Origin: Acidimicrobiales bacterium
Lineage (GTDB): Bacteria > Actinomycetota > Acidimicrobiia > Acidimicrobiales > CATQHL01
Length of the DNA stretch: 64,000 nucleotides
Reading direction: 5' to 3'
NCBI GenBank assembly: GCA_965116465.1
Contig: OZ220687.1
Span: 3,016,972 to 3,080,971 of the forward strand
Shown: piece by piece, positions 16,870 to 26,590 of the stretch
Position numbering within the stretch: the stretch's first letter is position 1
Layout of the letters: the number at the start of each line of letters is the position of its first letter
The notes under the pieces: model-generated
Told to the model about the DNA's origin: nothing
The model's input: the letters and a program-made list of their open reading frames with translations, nothing else
Databases searched by the model: none
Translations under genes and position numbers: made by a program

Positions 16870-17880
16870 TCAGCCGACGGGCATCAGCACCTTCAGCGAG
16901 TCGGCGCTCCCGACGCGCTCGAAGGCGCGGGCAACCTCCGACAGGCCGATCCGGTCGCTCACGATCGGCTCGAGGTCCAGCACCCCGGCGGCCGCCAGCT
17001 CGATGGCGCGGGCGTAGTCGTCGGCGATCGCGGCCCGGGGGTTCCGGACGGTCAACTCCTTGAAGTAGAGCTGGTAGTAGGGCAGGCCGGTGCCGCCGGC
17101 GCCGGTCACCGTCCCGAACACCAGGATCTCGCCGCCGATGCGTGCCGACTCGATGGCGAGGGTGACCGTGCCCTCGGTCCCGACGGCCTCGACGGCCAGA
17201 TCCACACCCTGGCCGTCGGTGACCTCCGCGATCACCGCGGCGGCCTCGTCGGGCGCGGCCGTTGCCACTGCGCCGAACGCCGTCGCCAACTCTCGCTTGA
17301 ACGCCGACCGGGTCACGCCGATCACAGCCGCGCCCGCCGCCCGCAGCAGTTGGGTGAAGATCAGCCCGCTCACGCCCAGCCCGATGACGACGGCGGTATC
17401 CCCGGGAAAGATCGGAGCGGCTCGCTGTGCGTGCACGCACGTGCCGGCCACCTGAACCATCGCCGCGGCCTGGGTCCCGAGGTGCTCCGGCACCGGGAGC
17501 AGCCGGTTCGCCGGAGCGGTCACCAGTTCGGCCCACACCCCGTCGGCGTCGCGCCCCAGCAGCCCGCCGCGCAGGCACAGGTTCGTCCGGCCCTGCCGGC
17601 AGAGCGCGCACGAGCCGCAGGAGATGGCCGGATCGATCATGACCCGCTGGCCGGCGGGCACCCCCGACGCGCCGCTGTCGACCACCTCGCCGACCATCTC
17701 GTGGCCCATGACGCGCGGGTAGCTGACCGGGATGCCGCCCAAGAGGATCTTGACGTCGGTGCCGCAGATGCCCACGGTCTCGACGCGCACGAGCGCCTCG
17801 GCACCGGCTGGGGTGCCGGCGGGTTCGGCGACCTCGGTGTAGGCCAACCGGCCCGGAGCGGTCACCTGTACGGCCTTCAT
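16870..17880 (-). CDS. Zn-dependent alcohol/polyol dehydrogenase (MDR)
   Basis: GICGTD, GHEMVG, CGSCALC-----NLC, VIGLGVSG. Confidence 0.93.
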   Translation of the reverse strand: MKAVQVTAPGRLAYTEVAEPAGTPAGAEALVRVETVGICGTDVKILLGGIPVSYPRVMGHEMVGEVVDSGASGVPAGQRVMIDPAISCGSCALCRQGRTNLCLRGGLLGRDADGVWAELVTAPANRLLPVPEHLGTQAAAMVQVAGTCVHAQRAAPIFPGDTAVVIGLGVSGLIFTQLLRAAGAAVIGVTRSAFKRELATAFGAVATAAPDEAAAVIAEVTDGQGVDLAVEAVGTEGTVTLAIESARIGGEILVFGTVTGAGGTGLPYYQLYFKELTVRNPRAAIADDYARAIELAAAGVLDLEPIVSDRIGLSEVARAFERVGSADSLKVLMPVG

Positions 17881-18024
17881 TCCCTCCCCCGATTTGGCTC
17901 ACAGCGCCTGGTTAGTGGACAGTAACAGTGTGCCCCGGAGCCGCCCCGTCCGCCAGCGCCATCGGTACGCGGCGACCGCCGCCGCCGCCCCGGCGGCCTG
18001 TTCCCCCGAGGTGGCCGCGCAGCT

Positions 18025-18645
18025 GTGAGCCTGCACGCCTGGGTCGTCGCCGGGGGTGATCCGCCCGAGCCCCGCCTGCTCGGAGAATTGGCCAACCCGC
18101 AACTCGTCGTGGCGGCCGACTCGGGAGCCGATGTCGCTGTTGGCCTCGGGCTGAGCGTCGACGTGGTCGTGGGCGACTTCGACTCGGTGACGCCGGCGGG
18201 GGCCGCCGCGGCCGGCGAGCAGCGCCGCTTCCCGACCGACAAGGACGCCACCGACCTGGCCCTGGCCCTGGCGGAGGCCCGCGACCGGGGTGCGGGGAGC
18301 ATCAGTGTCGTGGGCGGCGGCGGCGGGCGACTCGATCACCTCCTGGCCAACGTGGCGGTGCTGGCGGGCGACGCACTGGCCCCGGTGCGCGTCGACGCCC
18401 TCATGGGGTCGGCCCGGCTCTGGGTCGTGCGCCGCCGCGAGACGATCTGCGGCACCGTCGGCGACCTCGTCACGCTGCTTGCCCACGGCGGGCCCGCGGC
18501 GGGGGTGCGCACCACGGGTCTGCGCTGGGCCCTGGCGGGCGAGACACTGGAGACGGGCTCCAGCCGGGGCGTCAGCAACGTGTTCGCGGCTCCCGAGGCC
18601 ACCGTGTCGCTCGAGTCGGGGGTGATCCTGGCGATCCGGCCCTGA
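18025..18645 (+). CDS. thiN: Thiamine diphosphokinase
   Basis: VAADSGA, VVGDFDS, KDATDLALA, GGRLDHLLAN, GLRWAL, SRGVSN. Confidence 0.92.
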   Translation: MSLHAWVVAGGDPPEPRLLGELANPQLVVAADSGADVAVGLGLSVDVVVGDFDSVTPAGAAAAGEQRRFPTDKDATDLALALAEARDRGAGSISVVGGGGGRLDHLLANVAVLAGDALAPVRVDALMGSARLWVVRRRETICGTVGDLVTLLAHGGPAAGVRTTGLRWALAGETLETGSSRGVSNVFAAPEATVSLESGVILAIRP

Positions 18646-18745
18646 GGGATCGCCCGGGGGCGGGTCGTCCCGTCCGGGCTCCGCGGTCCCTAGCCGCACA
18701 GGTGGTCGCTGGCCTATCGTTGGGGTGACAACACCGGGAGGAACC

Positions 18746-19624
18746 ATGACCCTGACCCCCGCCCAAATCGAGTCGTACGAGCGCGACGGCTACCTGATCG
18801 TGCGCGACGTGCTGACGCCCTCGGACATGGCCGAGATTCGGGGAGCCGCCGACTACTTCGCCCATCAGGCCCTGAGCCTGACAGAGGACTCCGACGTCAT
18901 CGAGTTGGATGATTCGCCGCAGCTGGCCGACGGGCCGCCGCTCATCCGCCGCCTCAAGAGCCCCCACACCAACCACGAGGCGTTCGCCAAGGCGCTGGCC
19001 CATCCCGGGATCCTGGATGTCGTGGAGGATCTCATCGGCCCCGACATCCGCTGGTTCCATTCGAAGCTGAACGCCAAGCAGCCCGGCGGCGGGGGGATCG
19101 GTGAGTGGCACACGGACTGGGGCTACTACCCGTACACCAACGACTCGGTCCTGGAGGTCGGCATAGCCATCGACCCGTGCACCGAGGCCAGCGGCTGCAT
19201 GCTGGTGGTGCCGGGCACGCACACGGGTCGCGCCTACGACCACAGCCAGAACGGTCGCTTCGTCGGCGGAGTCCGGCCCGGCGAGTTCGATCCTGCCGAC
19301 GTCGTGCCGGTGGAGATCATGCCCGGTGACATCTCGCTGCACCACGTCCGGTTGCTGCACGCCTCGGCCCAGAACGATACGAACCACCAGCGGCGACTCC
19401 TGCTGCACGGTTACGCCGCGGCTGACGCCTGGCCGCTCATGGCCCGCGCCCAGCCGTCGGACTGGCCGGAGTGGGACGATCAGATCCTGCGCGGCAGTCC
19501 CACGGCCTACGCCCGCATGGAGGCGTGTCCCGTGGCGATCCCGCTGCCCGACCCGCCCGCCTTCGGGCTGTTCAAGCTGCAGGCCCAGATGGAGGAGTCG
19601 CACTTCGCGGAGGCGGGCTCGTAG
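18746..19624 (+). CDS. Phytanoyl-CoA dioxygenase (PhyH) family protein
   Basis: YERDGYL, KLNAK-PG, WHTDW, GCMLVVPGTH, HHVRLLHAS--N---QRR. Confidence 0.92.
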   Translation: MTLTPAQIESYERDGYLIVRDVLTPSDMAEIRGAADYFAHQALSLTEDSDVIELDDSPQLADGPPLIRRLKSPHTNHEAFAKALAHPGILDVVEDLIGPDIRWFHSKLNAKQPGGGGIGEWHTDWGYYPYTNDSVLEVGIAIDPCTEASGCMLVVPGTHTGRAYDHSQNGRFVGGVRPGEFDPADVVPVEIMPGDISLHHVRLLHASAQNDTNHQRRLLLHGYAAADAWPLMARAQPSDWPEWDDQILRGSPTAYARMEACPVAIPLPDPPAFGLFKLQAQMEESHFAEAGS

Positions 19625-19686
19625 CGGCAGCGCCCGCCAGTGAGTCTCCCGGTGGGCCCGACCGGTCCGCCGGGCCCCGGGTGCAG

Positions 19687-20928
19687 ATGATGCAATCTCT
19701 CGGTCCCGCCTCCGGCCATGCCAAGGGCCCCTTCGCGGTGGACTGGGAGGAGCGCTACGACATGCCGCGGCTGCGGCGGGAGCGGGTGGCCGCCGCCCAG
19801 CGCGAGCTGACCTCGGCCGGCCTCGACGCCCTGATGGTCTGGAAGGACGAGAACGTCCGCTACCTCACCTCGCTGCGGGCGCAGCTCATCGCCGGCAAGA
19901 CGATGGCGTTGAACGGCGCCCTGCTGCTGCCGGCCGAGGCTCCGGTGCTGTTGTGCTCGGGGGGCGAGATCGACAAGGCGCGGGCGGGCATGCCCTGGAT
20001 CGCCGAGGCCCATGCCATCCCGATCATGGAGCAGGCCGAACTGGTGGACGGCTTCGTGGCGAGCATCCTGCGCCCGATCCTGCTGGAGCGGGGTCTCGGC
20101 AGCGGGCGGCTGGGGGTGGACGCCGGCAACGTCTCGTTCATCGACGCCATGCGCCGCCACCTGCCCGACCTCGAGCTCAGCGACGGCGACACGGTCATGC
20201 AGCAGGCCCGGCTCATCAAGACCGACACCGAGATCGCCATCATCGCCGAGGCGTGCGCCATCGGCGACGCTGTCACGCAGCGGGCGCTGGACGGGACCCG
20301 TGCCGGGCGGCGCGAGTTGGAGGTCGCCGGCGACGCCATGCAGACGCTGTTCCACCTCGGCGGCGAGATGGCCCACGTCATCACGCCGTTCGTGGCCTCC
20401 GGCGAGCACATGTCGCCGCCGCACCGCCTCGCCACCGACAAGCTGATGCGCAACAGCGACCTCTGCTTCATCGACATCGGCGCCATGTGGAACGGGTACT
20501 TCGCCGACATCGGCCGCACCACGATCATCGGGCGCCCCAGCCGCCGCCAGCAGGAGATCTATACCGCTGTCTACGAGGGGCTGATGGCGGGGATCGACCG
20601 GATGCGGCCCGGCTCCACCACCGCGGAGGCCGCCGACGCCATCGTGGAGACCATCGGCGGGCACGGGCTGGCCGAGCACCTGTTCAGCCTGTTCATCGGC
20701 CACGGCATCGGCGTGGGGGCCAACGAGCCGCCGTACATCGGCGAGAACATGCCGGGCGCCACCGACACCGAGTTCCGCCCCGGCATGGTGTTCGCCGTGG
20801 AGCCCCTGGTCTGGGTGCCGGGCGTGCCGGGCGGCGGCGGGGTGCGGATCGAGGACATGGTGCTCGTGACTGACGGCGAACCCGTCGTGCTGTCCCGGGT
20901 CGAGTACGAGGAAAGGCTGCTGCTATGA
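19687..20928 (+). CDS. M24 (Xaa-Pro) family metallopeptidase/amidohydrolase
   Basis: ENVRYLT, ARLIKT--EI, IDIG---GYFADIGRT, GHGIG, AVEP, GVRIED. Confidence 0.9.
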   Translation: MMQSLGPASGHAKGPFAVDWEERYDMPRLRRERVAAAQRELTSAGLDALMVWKDENVRYLTSLRAQLIAGKTMALNGALLLPAEAPVLLCSGGEIDKARAGMPWIAEAHAIPIMEQAELVDGFVASILRPILLERGLGSGRLGVDAGNVSFIDAMRRHLPDLELSDGDTVMQQARLIKTDTEIAIIAEACAIGDAVTQRALDGTRAGRRELEVAGDAMQTLFHLGGEMAHVITPFVASGEHMSPPHRLATDKLMRNSDLCFIDIGAMWNGYFADIGRTTIIGRPSRRQQEIYTAVYEGLMAGIDRMRPGSTTAEAADAIVETIGGHGLAEHLFSLFIGHGIGVGANEPPYIGENMPGATDTEFRPGMVFAVEPLVWVPGVPGGGGVRIEDMVLVTDGEPVVLSRVEYEERLLL

Positions 20929-21926
20929 GCGATGGGAACGAGCCGGTCCGGCTGGGGGTCGTCGGCCTGGGATGGTGGGGCGGCGAACTCGCCGACGCCG
21001 CGGCCCGCAGCGGCGCAGCCGAGGTGGTGGCCTGCTATGCCCGCACGGAGTCCACGCGGATCGCCTTCGCCGAGGCTCGGGGCTGCCGGGCGGCGACGTC
21101 GTTCAACGAGCTCATCGCCGCCGACGACGTGGAGGGCGTCGTGCTGGCGACGCCGCACAGCACCCACGGCGACCAGATCTGCGAGGTGGCGGCCGCCGGC
21201 AAGGGTGCGCTCGTCGACAAGCCCTTCACGCTGAGCGTCGCCGACGGGCGGCGCGCCATGACCGCGGCGGCCGACGCCGGGACCGTGCTGATGGTGGGCC
21301 ACCAGCGGCGCCGCCTTGCCGCGGTGCGTCGCATCCGCGCCATGGTCGACGAGGGGAGTCTCGGCACGCTGCTGCTGGCGACATCGGTCTTCGTGGTGGG
21401 CCGCGGCTTCCCGGCCTCCTGGCGGTCCTCGCGGCACGAAAGCCCGCTCGGCGGCATGACCGGGCTCGGTGTGCACATGATCGACACCTTCCACTACCTC
21501 GTCGGCCCGATCCGCCGGGTCAGCGCCTTCAGCAACGGGGTGCTACCCGGCGAGCCCCTCGACCACGCCACCGGGCTGCTGTTCGAGTTCAACTCCGGTG
21601 CCGTCGGCAACCTGGTGACCTCCCACTACAACCCGTTCACGGAGGAGTTCTGCATCTTCGGCTCGGCTGCCTCGGCGTCCAGCCAGAACGAGGGGACCCG
21701 CCTGTTCACCCAGCAGCGCAGCGAGATGGGGCGCAGCGAGGTGCCCCTTCCGGCCACCGATCCGCTGGCCGAGCAGGTCGCCGAGTTCGCCGGCGCCATC
21801 CGGGGCGAGGGTCCCGTCGAGACCGACGGCGAGGTGGGCCTGGCGGTGATCGCCGTGCTGGAGGCCGCCATGGCCTCGGTGGAGCGCGGCGAGGCGGTCA
21901 CCGTCGCCGAGTTCGCCGGCGGCTAG
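20925..21926 (+). CDS. Gfo/Idh/MocA family oxidoreductase
   Basis: GVVGLGWWG, ATPHSTH, VDKP, VGHQRR, GVHMID. Confidence 0.92.
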   Translation: MSDGNEPVRLGVVGLGWWGGELADAAARSGAAEVVACYARTESTRIAFAEARGCRAATSFNELIAADDVEGVVLATPHSTHGDQICEVAAAGKGALVDKPFTLSVADGRRAMTAAADAGTVLMVGHQRRRLAAVRRIRAMVDEGSLGTLLLATSVFVVGRGFPASWRSSRHESPLGGMTGLGVHMIDTFHYLVGPIRRVSAFSNGVLPGEPLDHATGLLFEFNSGAVGNLVTSHYNPFTEEFCIFGSAASASSQNEGTRLFTQQRSEMGRSEVPLPATDPLAEQVAEFAGAIRGEGPVETDGEVGLAVIAVLEAAMASVERGEAVTVAEFAGG

Positions 21927-21994
21927 CGGGTCGGCCGACGCCGTTGCGCCGCGCCCCGGCAGCGGCGACACCCCAGTCACTAGCATCTCCCGCG

Positions 21995-22591
21995 GTGGAC
22001 GCTCACTACACGCGGGTCGTCGACGGTCGTGTCGTGCCGGTGGCGGGGGAGTGGGTGATCGACGGCCTGCACACCTCGGTGGCCTTCGCCGCCCGGCACC
22101 TGCTGACGGCCATGCGCGGGCGCTTCCGCCACGTTGCCGGCCGGATCGTCATCGCCGAGGATCCCGCGGAGTCGCGCACCGAGGTGCGAATCGAGGCGGC
22201 GAGCATCGACACGGCACATCCGAAGGCGGACGAGCATCTGCGCGGGCCGATGTTCCTCGATGTCGAGCGCTACCCGGCACTGACGTTCCGCGGCGAGGGG
22301 GCCCGTGCCACCGGTTCGGACTCCTGGACGGTGCCCGGCAACCTCACCGTCCGCGACGTCACTCTCCCGCTGGAGTTGGCCGTGCGGTTCCTGGGGGCGG
22401 TGCGGCACCCGTCCATGCCGGTGGCGAAGATGTCCTTCGAGGCCACCGGCCAGCTTCGGCGCGACGACTTCGGCGTTGCCGGCTACATGGACGTGCATGC
22501 CCCGGGGGTGCCCGACGTCCTGCTCGTGGGCCGCGAGGTCCGGATCCGCCTCGACGTGGAGGCCGATCTGTCTCTCGACGGCGGGGATTGA
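21995..22591 (+). CDS. YceI family protein
   Basis: GEWVIDGLHTSVAF, RGRF, SIDT---DEHLR--FLDVERYP-LTF, GNLTVRDVT. Confidence 0.9.
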   Translation: MDAHYTRVVDGRVVPVAGEWVIDGLHTSVAFAARHLLTAMRGRFRHVAGRIVIAEDPAESRTEVRIEAASIDTAHPKADEHLRGPMFLDVERYPALTFRGEGARATGSDSWTVPGNLTVRDVTLPLELAVRFLGAVRHPSMPVAKMSFEATGQLRRDDFGVAGYMDVHAPGVPDVLLVGREVRIRLDVEADLSLDGGD

Positions 22592-22594
22592 GCC

Positions 22595-23794
22595 GTGGCG
22601 CGACACGGCGTGACGTCCGGTCCGGCGATACCCGCGGGCGTCGAGCAGATCACCGCCGGCTGGTTGCAGAGCGCCCTTGCGGCGGGAGGCGTGGTCGATG
22701 TCCCGCCGGTCGAGAGCATCGACGTGTCCCAGGTCGGCGCCGGCGTCGGACACGTCGGCGAGTCGGTGCGCTGCCGGCTCAGCTATGCCGAGGAGCGCCC
22801 GGGAGCCCCGGCGACGGTGTTCGTGAAGCTGCACTCCTCGCACCGGAAGACCGACAAGCTCGCCCGGCGGGTGCGGCTCTACCAGCGGGAATGCGACTTC
22901 TACCGGCTCCTGGCGCACCGGGCCCCGATCCGGTCACCGATCCTCTACTACGGCGACTACGAGCGCCGGAGCAACCGGCTCGCCCTCGTGCTGGAGGACC
23001 TGGAGGGCATGGCACGGGTGGACGAGATCGACGGCGCCGACGCGGAGCAGGCCGGGCGGGTCATCCGGGCGATCGCAAAGTTCCACGCCTATTCGTGGAA
23101 CGAGACCCACACCTCGCCGTACAGGGACATCTTCGACTCGCTGGATCCGAAGTGGCGACCGCCGGTGCAGCTCATCTACCTGGCGTCGCTGCGGCGGACC
23201 TTCGAGGTGTTCGGCGACCACTTCTCTCCTGACATGCGCCGCACAACCGAGACGCTCGGCTGGAAGGCGGCGGACTACATGGGCGACCTGGCGCGGGGCC
23301 CGCGGGCCTTCGGCCACGGCGACTACCGGCTGGACAACATGTTCTTCGGGCCCGGACCCGACGATCTGGCCGTGATCGACTGGCAGGTCTGCGGGGGCAA
23401 CAACCCCCTCGGCGACGTGGCCTACTTCCTCGGCGGCAGCCTGCCGATCGAACTGCGGCGGAGCATCGAGCGGGACGTCGTGGCCGAATACCACGAGACC
23501 CTGCGCCAGGGGGGCGTCGAGGGGATCGGTTCGGAGGACTGCTGGCGGCTCTACCGCCAGAACATGTTCGTCCGGATGCTCGTCATCGTGATCAGCGCCG
23601 GGGGCCTCGACATCTCCAACGAGCGCAGCGTCCGGTTGCTCGGTCTCGGCCTGGATCGCACGCTGGCCGCCCTCGAGGACCTGGACTCCGAGGCGTTCCT
23701 CCCCACCCGCCGGCGGCTCTTCGGCCCGTCATGGGCGTTCTCCACGGCCTCCCGCTGCGCCTACCAGGCCACCAGGGCGCTGCGCAGATCCTGA
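22595..23794 (+). CDS. Phosphotransferase (APH/choline/ecdysteroid kinase-like)
   Basis: FVKL, YQRE--FY, LVLEDL, HGDYRLDNMFF, VIDWQ, DVAYF. Confidence 0.88.
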   Translation: MARHGVTSGPAIPAGVEQITAGWLQSALAAGGVVDVPPVESIDVSQVGAGVGHVGESVRCRLSYAEERPGAPATVFVKLHSSHRKTDKLARRVRLYQRECDFYRLLAHRAPIRSPILYYGDYERRSNRLALVLEDLEGMARVDEIDGADAEQAGRVIRAIAKFHAYSWNETHTSPYRDIFDSLDPKWRPPVQLIYLASLRRTFEVFGDHFSPDMRRTTETLGWKAADYMGDLARGPRAFGHGDYRLDNMFFGPGPDDLAVIDWQVCGGNNPLGDVAYFLGGSLPIELRRSIERDVVAEYHETLRQGGVEGIGSEDCWRLYRQNMFVRMLVIVISAGGLDISNERSVRLLGLGLDRTLAALEDLDSEAFLPTRRRLFGPSWAFSTASRCAYQATRALRRS

Positions 23795-23899
23795 CCCCGC
23801 TCCACGTGAGCTTTCCTAGGCCCGCCGGGGCAAGCGAAGTCACGAACCCCTACGCACACGTGGCGCATCTCTGCAACCCGGACAAGGCGAGATTCACCG

Positions 23900-24343
23900 A
23901 TGGCACGGACGACTGAACAGCGGGTAGAGGACGCGAGGGCGAAGCTCGATGCCGGAGGTGATGCGTGGCTGGCGACGTCAGGCCCCACCGGACCTCATCT
24001 GGTCCCGCTGAGCCTCGCGTGGGACTCGGCGTCCGGGGGCTTGATCTTCTGCGCCGAGCAGCGAAGCGTCACCACGCGAAACATCGCAGCCGAGCCGGCC
24101 GTTCGAATCGGGCTGGGGCCGACGAACGACGTCCTGATGATCGACGGCACGGCACGAATAACCGGACCGGTCCGAGACGACGAGACCTTGGCTGCAATCT
24201 TCCACGAGAGGACCAGATGGGACCCGCGCGGCGACAGCGGCGATTGGATCTTCATCCGGGTCACACCCTCCCGGATGCAGGCATGGCGCGGCGTCGATGA
24301 GATCGCGGACCGAACCGTCATGGTCGACGGCATCTGGAGGTGA
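23900..24343 (+). CDS. Pyridoxamine 5'-phosphate oxidase-like split-barrel protein
   Basis: WLAT---GPHLVPLS--W, RNI---P-VR-GLG---DV-MIDG, QAWR---E. Confidence 0.85.
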   Translation: MARTTEQRVEDARAKLDAGGDAWLATSGPTGPHLVPLSLAWDSASGGLIFCAEQRSVTTRNIAAEPAVRIGLGPTNDVLMIDGTARITGPVRDDETLAAIFHERTRWDPRGDSGDWIFIRVTPSRMQAWRGVDEIADRTVMVDGIWR

Positions 24344-24419
24344 CCACACGAGCGACGCGCCCCGGACCTCGCGGGGCCAACTTGCTTGACTCCGGGGGGT
24401 GGCGCGAGAGAGGTGCGCC

Positions 24420-24436
24420 GGTATCGCTGTGATACC
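24420..24436. promoter_or_regulatory. Inverted repeat GGTATC-N5-GATACC overlapping -10 (TACCAT); probable RHH antitoxin operator
   Basis: Directly upstream of the RHH-Doc pair. Confidence 0.6.
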
Positions 24437-24438
24437 AT

Positions 24439-24648
24439 ATGGGTATGGCGATGACCTTGCGGCTGACCGATGAGGAGCGTCACGCCCTGCGCGAGCGCGC
24501 CGCTCTCGACGGCGTGTCGATGCAGGATGCGGCCCGCCGCGCCGTGCGCGAATTCGTGGCGCGCCGCGATCATCAGGACCGCGTCGGCGCTGCGGCCGAG
24601 TACGTGATGCACCGCCACGCCGAGGCGCTGCGGCGCCTGGGGGAGTGA
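24439..24648 (+). CDS. Ribbon-helix-helix (CopG-like) antitoxin
   Basis: MAMTLRLTDEE--ALRERA--DGVSMQDAARRAV; overlaps the Doc start. Confidence 0.85.
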   Translation: MGMAMTLRLTDEERHALRERAALDGVSMQDAARRAVREFVARRDHQDRVGAAAEYVMHRHAEALRRLGE

Positions 24649-25052
24649 CCGGTCCAGTCGAGTTCCTCGACACCGACGACCTGATCGAACTCGCCCGCCG
24701 CCTGCTCGGCGATCCCCCGCCGGTCCGCGACGTCGGACTGCTCACCGCCGCGGCGGCGCGCCCGCAAGCCAGCGCGTTCGGCTCCGACGCCTATCCCGAC
24801 ATCTGGACCAAAGCGGCAGCGCTGTTGCAGTCCGTCGTCAACAACCACGCCCTCATCGACGGCAACAAGCGCCTGGGATGGCTCGCGACGGCGGTGTTCC
24901 TCGAACTCAACGGAGCCTCCGTGGCAACTGCGAACAACGACGACGTGTACGAACTCGTGATGCGCGTGGCAGCCGAGGAGTCTTCTGTCGAGGAGATCGC
25001 CGACCTGCTGCGCGAACTGTCTCAACCCTCGCGACCCCAATCGGAGAACTGA
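24645..25052 (+). CDS. Doc/Fic (death-on-curing) family toxin
   Basis: VRDVGLL-AAAARP, YPD---KAAALL, NHALIDGNKR, FLELNG. Confidence 0.93.
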   Translation: MTGPVEFLDTDDLIELARRLLGDPPPVRDVGLLTAAAARPQASAFGSDAYPDIWTKAAALLQSVVNNHALIDGNKRLGWLATAVFLELNGASVATANNDDVYELVMRVAAEESSVEEIADLLRELSQPSRPQSEN

Positions 25053-25197
25053 CAACCCGCCGCGCCACGACCTTGCCAGGCCTCGCGCCGTCTGGGCGGT
25101 CTGAGCCCCGGCGCCCGCGCCGTAGCGCCGAGATGGGGCGGCAAGGCTCACTCCCCCCTAGAGGCCGGCGGCCTGTGTGGGAAGACTGTCCCGGGAG

Positions 25198-25730
25198 TTA
25201 TCCGTCGAGGATGTTGGCTACTCGTGGGTCGAACGCTCTCTTGAACTTGTCCAGAAGGTCGAGCATCCATGTGCGGGTCTGGTGTTGTTCCTCTGGAGGA
25301 TCGTTGATCGAGCCGTCCTTCCTGATGCTGGCACTGGAGAATGTCCATCTGTCGTGGCGGCGCCAGTGCCATTCCGGTGCAGGATCGATGTCGATTGCTC
25401 CCTCGATGTGGCTGCGGTCTTCCTGGAGGGTGTCGAATATGTGTTTGGTAAGCGCGTTGTCGGGAGTCTGGATGTGGCAGCTCACCCACGCGTCGTTCGT
25501 CCCCTCGAGAGTCGCCGCGTACCAGATGCCCTGATTGTGCGGGGACGGGAAATACCGGCCCGTGTGGCCGTACAGCTGCACGGGCGGCGTCGGGAGAATC
25601 CCGGAGCGGTCCACATCAGCGATCAGAGGCTCGAAGAACTTCCGGAATCTCCGGGCATCGGGAGATTCTGACTGCCCCTGCGCCAGAGTCTCTCCCTTGT
25701 CCCAACCCCCGAGGAGCGCGCCAGCGCGCA
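25198..25730 (-). pseudogene. DUF4268-like protein, 5'-truncated
   Basis: K-IFD-L------IE, SASIRK-GSI-DP-E----R-WMLD----FK--F-PR; frame stays open upstream of GTG 25614 to about 25730 with no start. Confidence 0.55.
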
Positions 25731-25748
25731 GCTAGCCAGCCGTAGCCG

Positions 25749-25776
25749 TTGACGATGGACGTCAAACGTCTACGAT
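25749..25776 (+). promoter_or_regulatory. higBA promoter (TTGACG-N16-TACGAT) with inverted repeat TTGACG-N5-CGTCAA
   Basis: IR at 25749-25765 overlaps the -35. Confidence 0.65.
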
Positions 25777-25785
25777 GTTCCTGGC

Positions 25786-26067
25786 ATGATCGTCGGGTAC
25801 AGGGACAAGAGGACCGAGATGTTCGCGGCTGGAGAATTCGTCCCGGCATTCCAGGGCTTCGAGCAACAGGCTGCGCGGCGGTTGGCGATCCTCAACGCGG
25901 CGCCGTCGCTGGACACGTTGCGGGCGCTGCCCGGCAACCGGCTCGAGGCCCTGCGGGGCGCCCGAAAGGGCCAGTACTCGATTCGGATCAACCGGCAATG
26001 GCGCATCTGCTTCACCTGGTCCGGCGACCTCGGGCCAACGGATGTCGAGATCGTGGACTACCACTAG
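25786..26067 (+). CDS. higB: HigB (RelE-like) toxin
   Basis: LPGNRLEALRG-RKGQYSIRINRQWRICF-W----DVEIVDYH. Confidence 0.95.
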   Translation: MIVGYRDKRTEMFAAGEFVPAFQGFEQQAARRLAILNAAPSLDTLRALPGNRLEALRGARKGQYSIRINRQWRICFTWSGDLGPTDVEIVDYH

Positions 26068-26083
26068 CAAGGAGGCCGTCACC

Positions 26084-26371
26084 ATGTTCAAGCGCGCTGT
26101 GCATCCCGGAGAGATCCTCAAGGAGGAGTTGGAAGAGTTGGGTGTGTCCCCGACCGAGTTCGCGCGCCAGATCGACGTGCCGCCCAACCGTGTCGGGCAG
26201 ATCATCGCCGGCAAGCGATCCGTGACCGCTGACACCGCGCTGCGATTCGGGCACTGGTTCGGCGTCGAGGCCCAGTTCTGGCTGAACCTCCAGACCCAAT
26301 TCGACCTGATCATCGCCGAACAAGCCAACGGCGCGGCCATCCAGAGCCTGCCCTCAGCAGCACGCGCTTAA
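26084..26371 (+). CDS. higA: HigA antitoxin (XRE HTH)
   Basis: VHPGEILKEEL, II-GKRSVTADTALR, FWLNLQ--FDL; AGGAGG SD. Confidence 0.95.
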   Translation: MFKRAVHPGEILKEELEELGVSPTEFARQIDVPPNRVGQIIAGKRSVTADTALRFGHWFGVEAQFWLNLQTQFDLIIAEQANGAAIQSLPSAARA

Positions 26372-26449
26372 CCCGACGCCCACCCCCGCTGCACCCATCG
26401 CACCAGCCGCCGCGCGAGAGCGAGCGCGCTGTCCGAGCGAAGCACCGGA

Positions 26450-26590
26450 GACACGACATTCCGCGTGAGACAGGGGAGTTTCAGTCGCTTGGAGTGGGGC
26501 TCCACGTGTGGGCGGCCCCAAAGTGTGTCTTGGCCTGGGGGAACGCCTGATCGGCAGGACTCGGTTATCACTCCTGGTATTGCCGGTGGT
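26450..26590 (-). mobile_element. Possible orphan IS110-family non-coding end
   Basis: Minus strand CCAGGAGTGATAACCGAGTCC...TTTGGGGCCGCCCACACGTGGAGCCCCA...CTCACGCGGAATGTC resembles IS110 non-coding ends from memory; no transposase adjacent. Confidence 0.4.

Noticed and set aside
17880-18025. TPP riboswitch near thiN, or SAH/SAM riboswitch before ahcY
   Set aside because: No TPP core motif is visible here, and ahcY overlaps the upstream gene, leaving no leader
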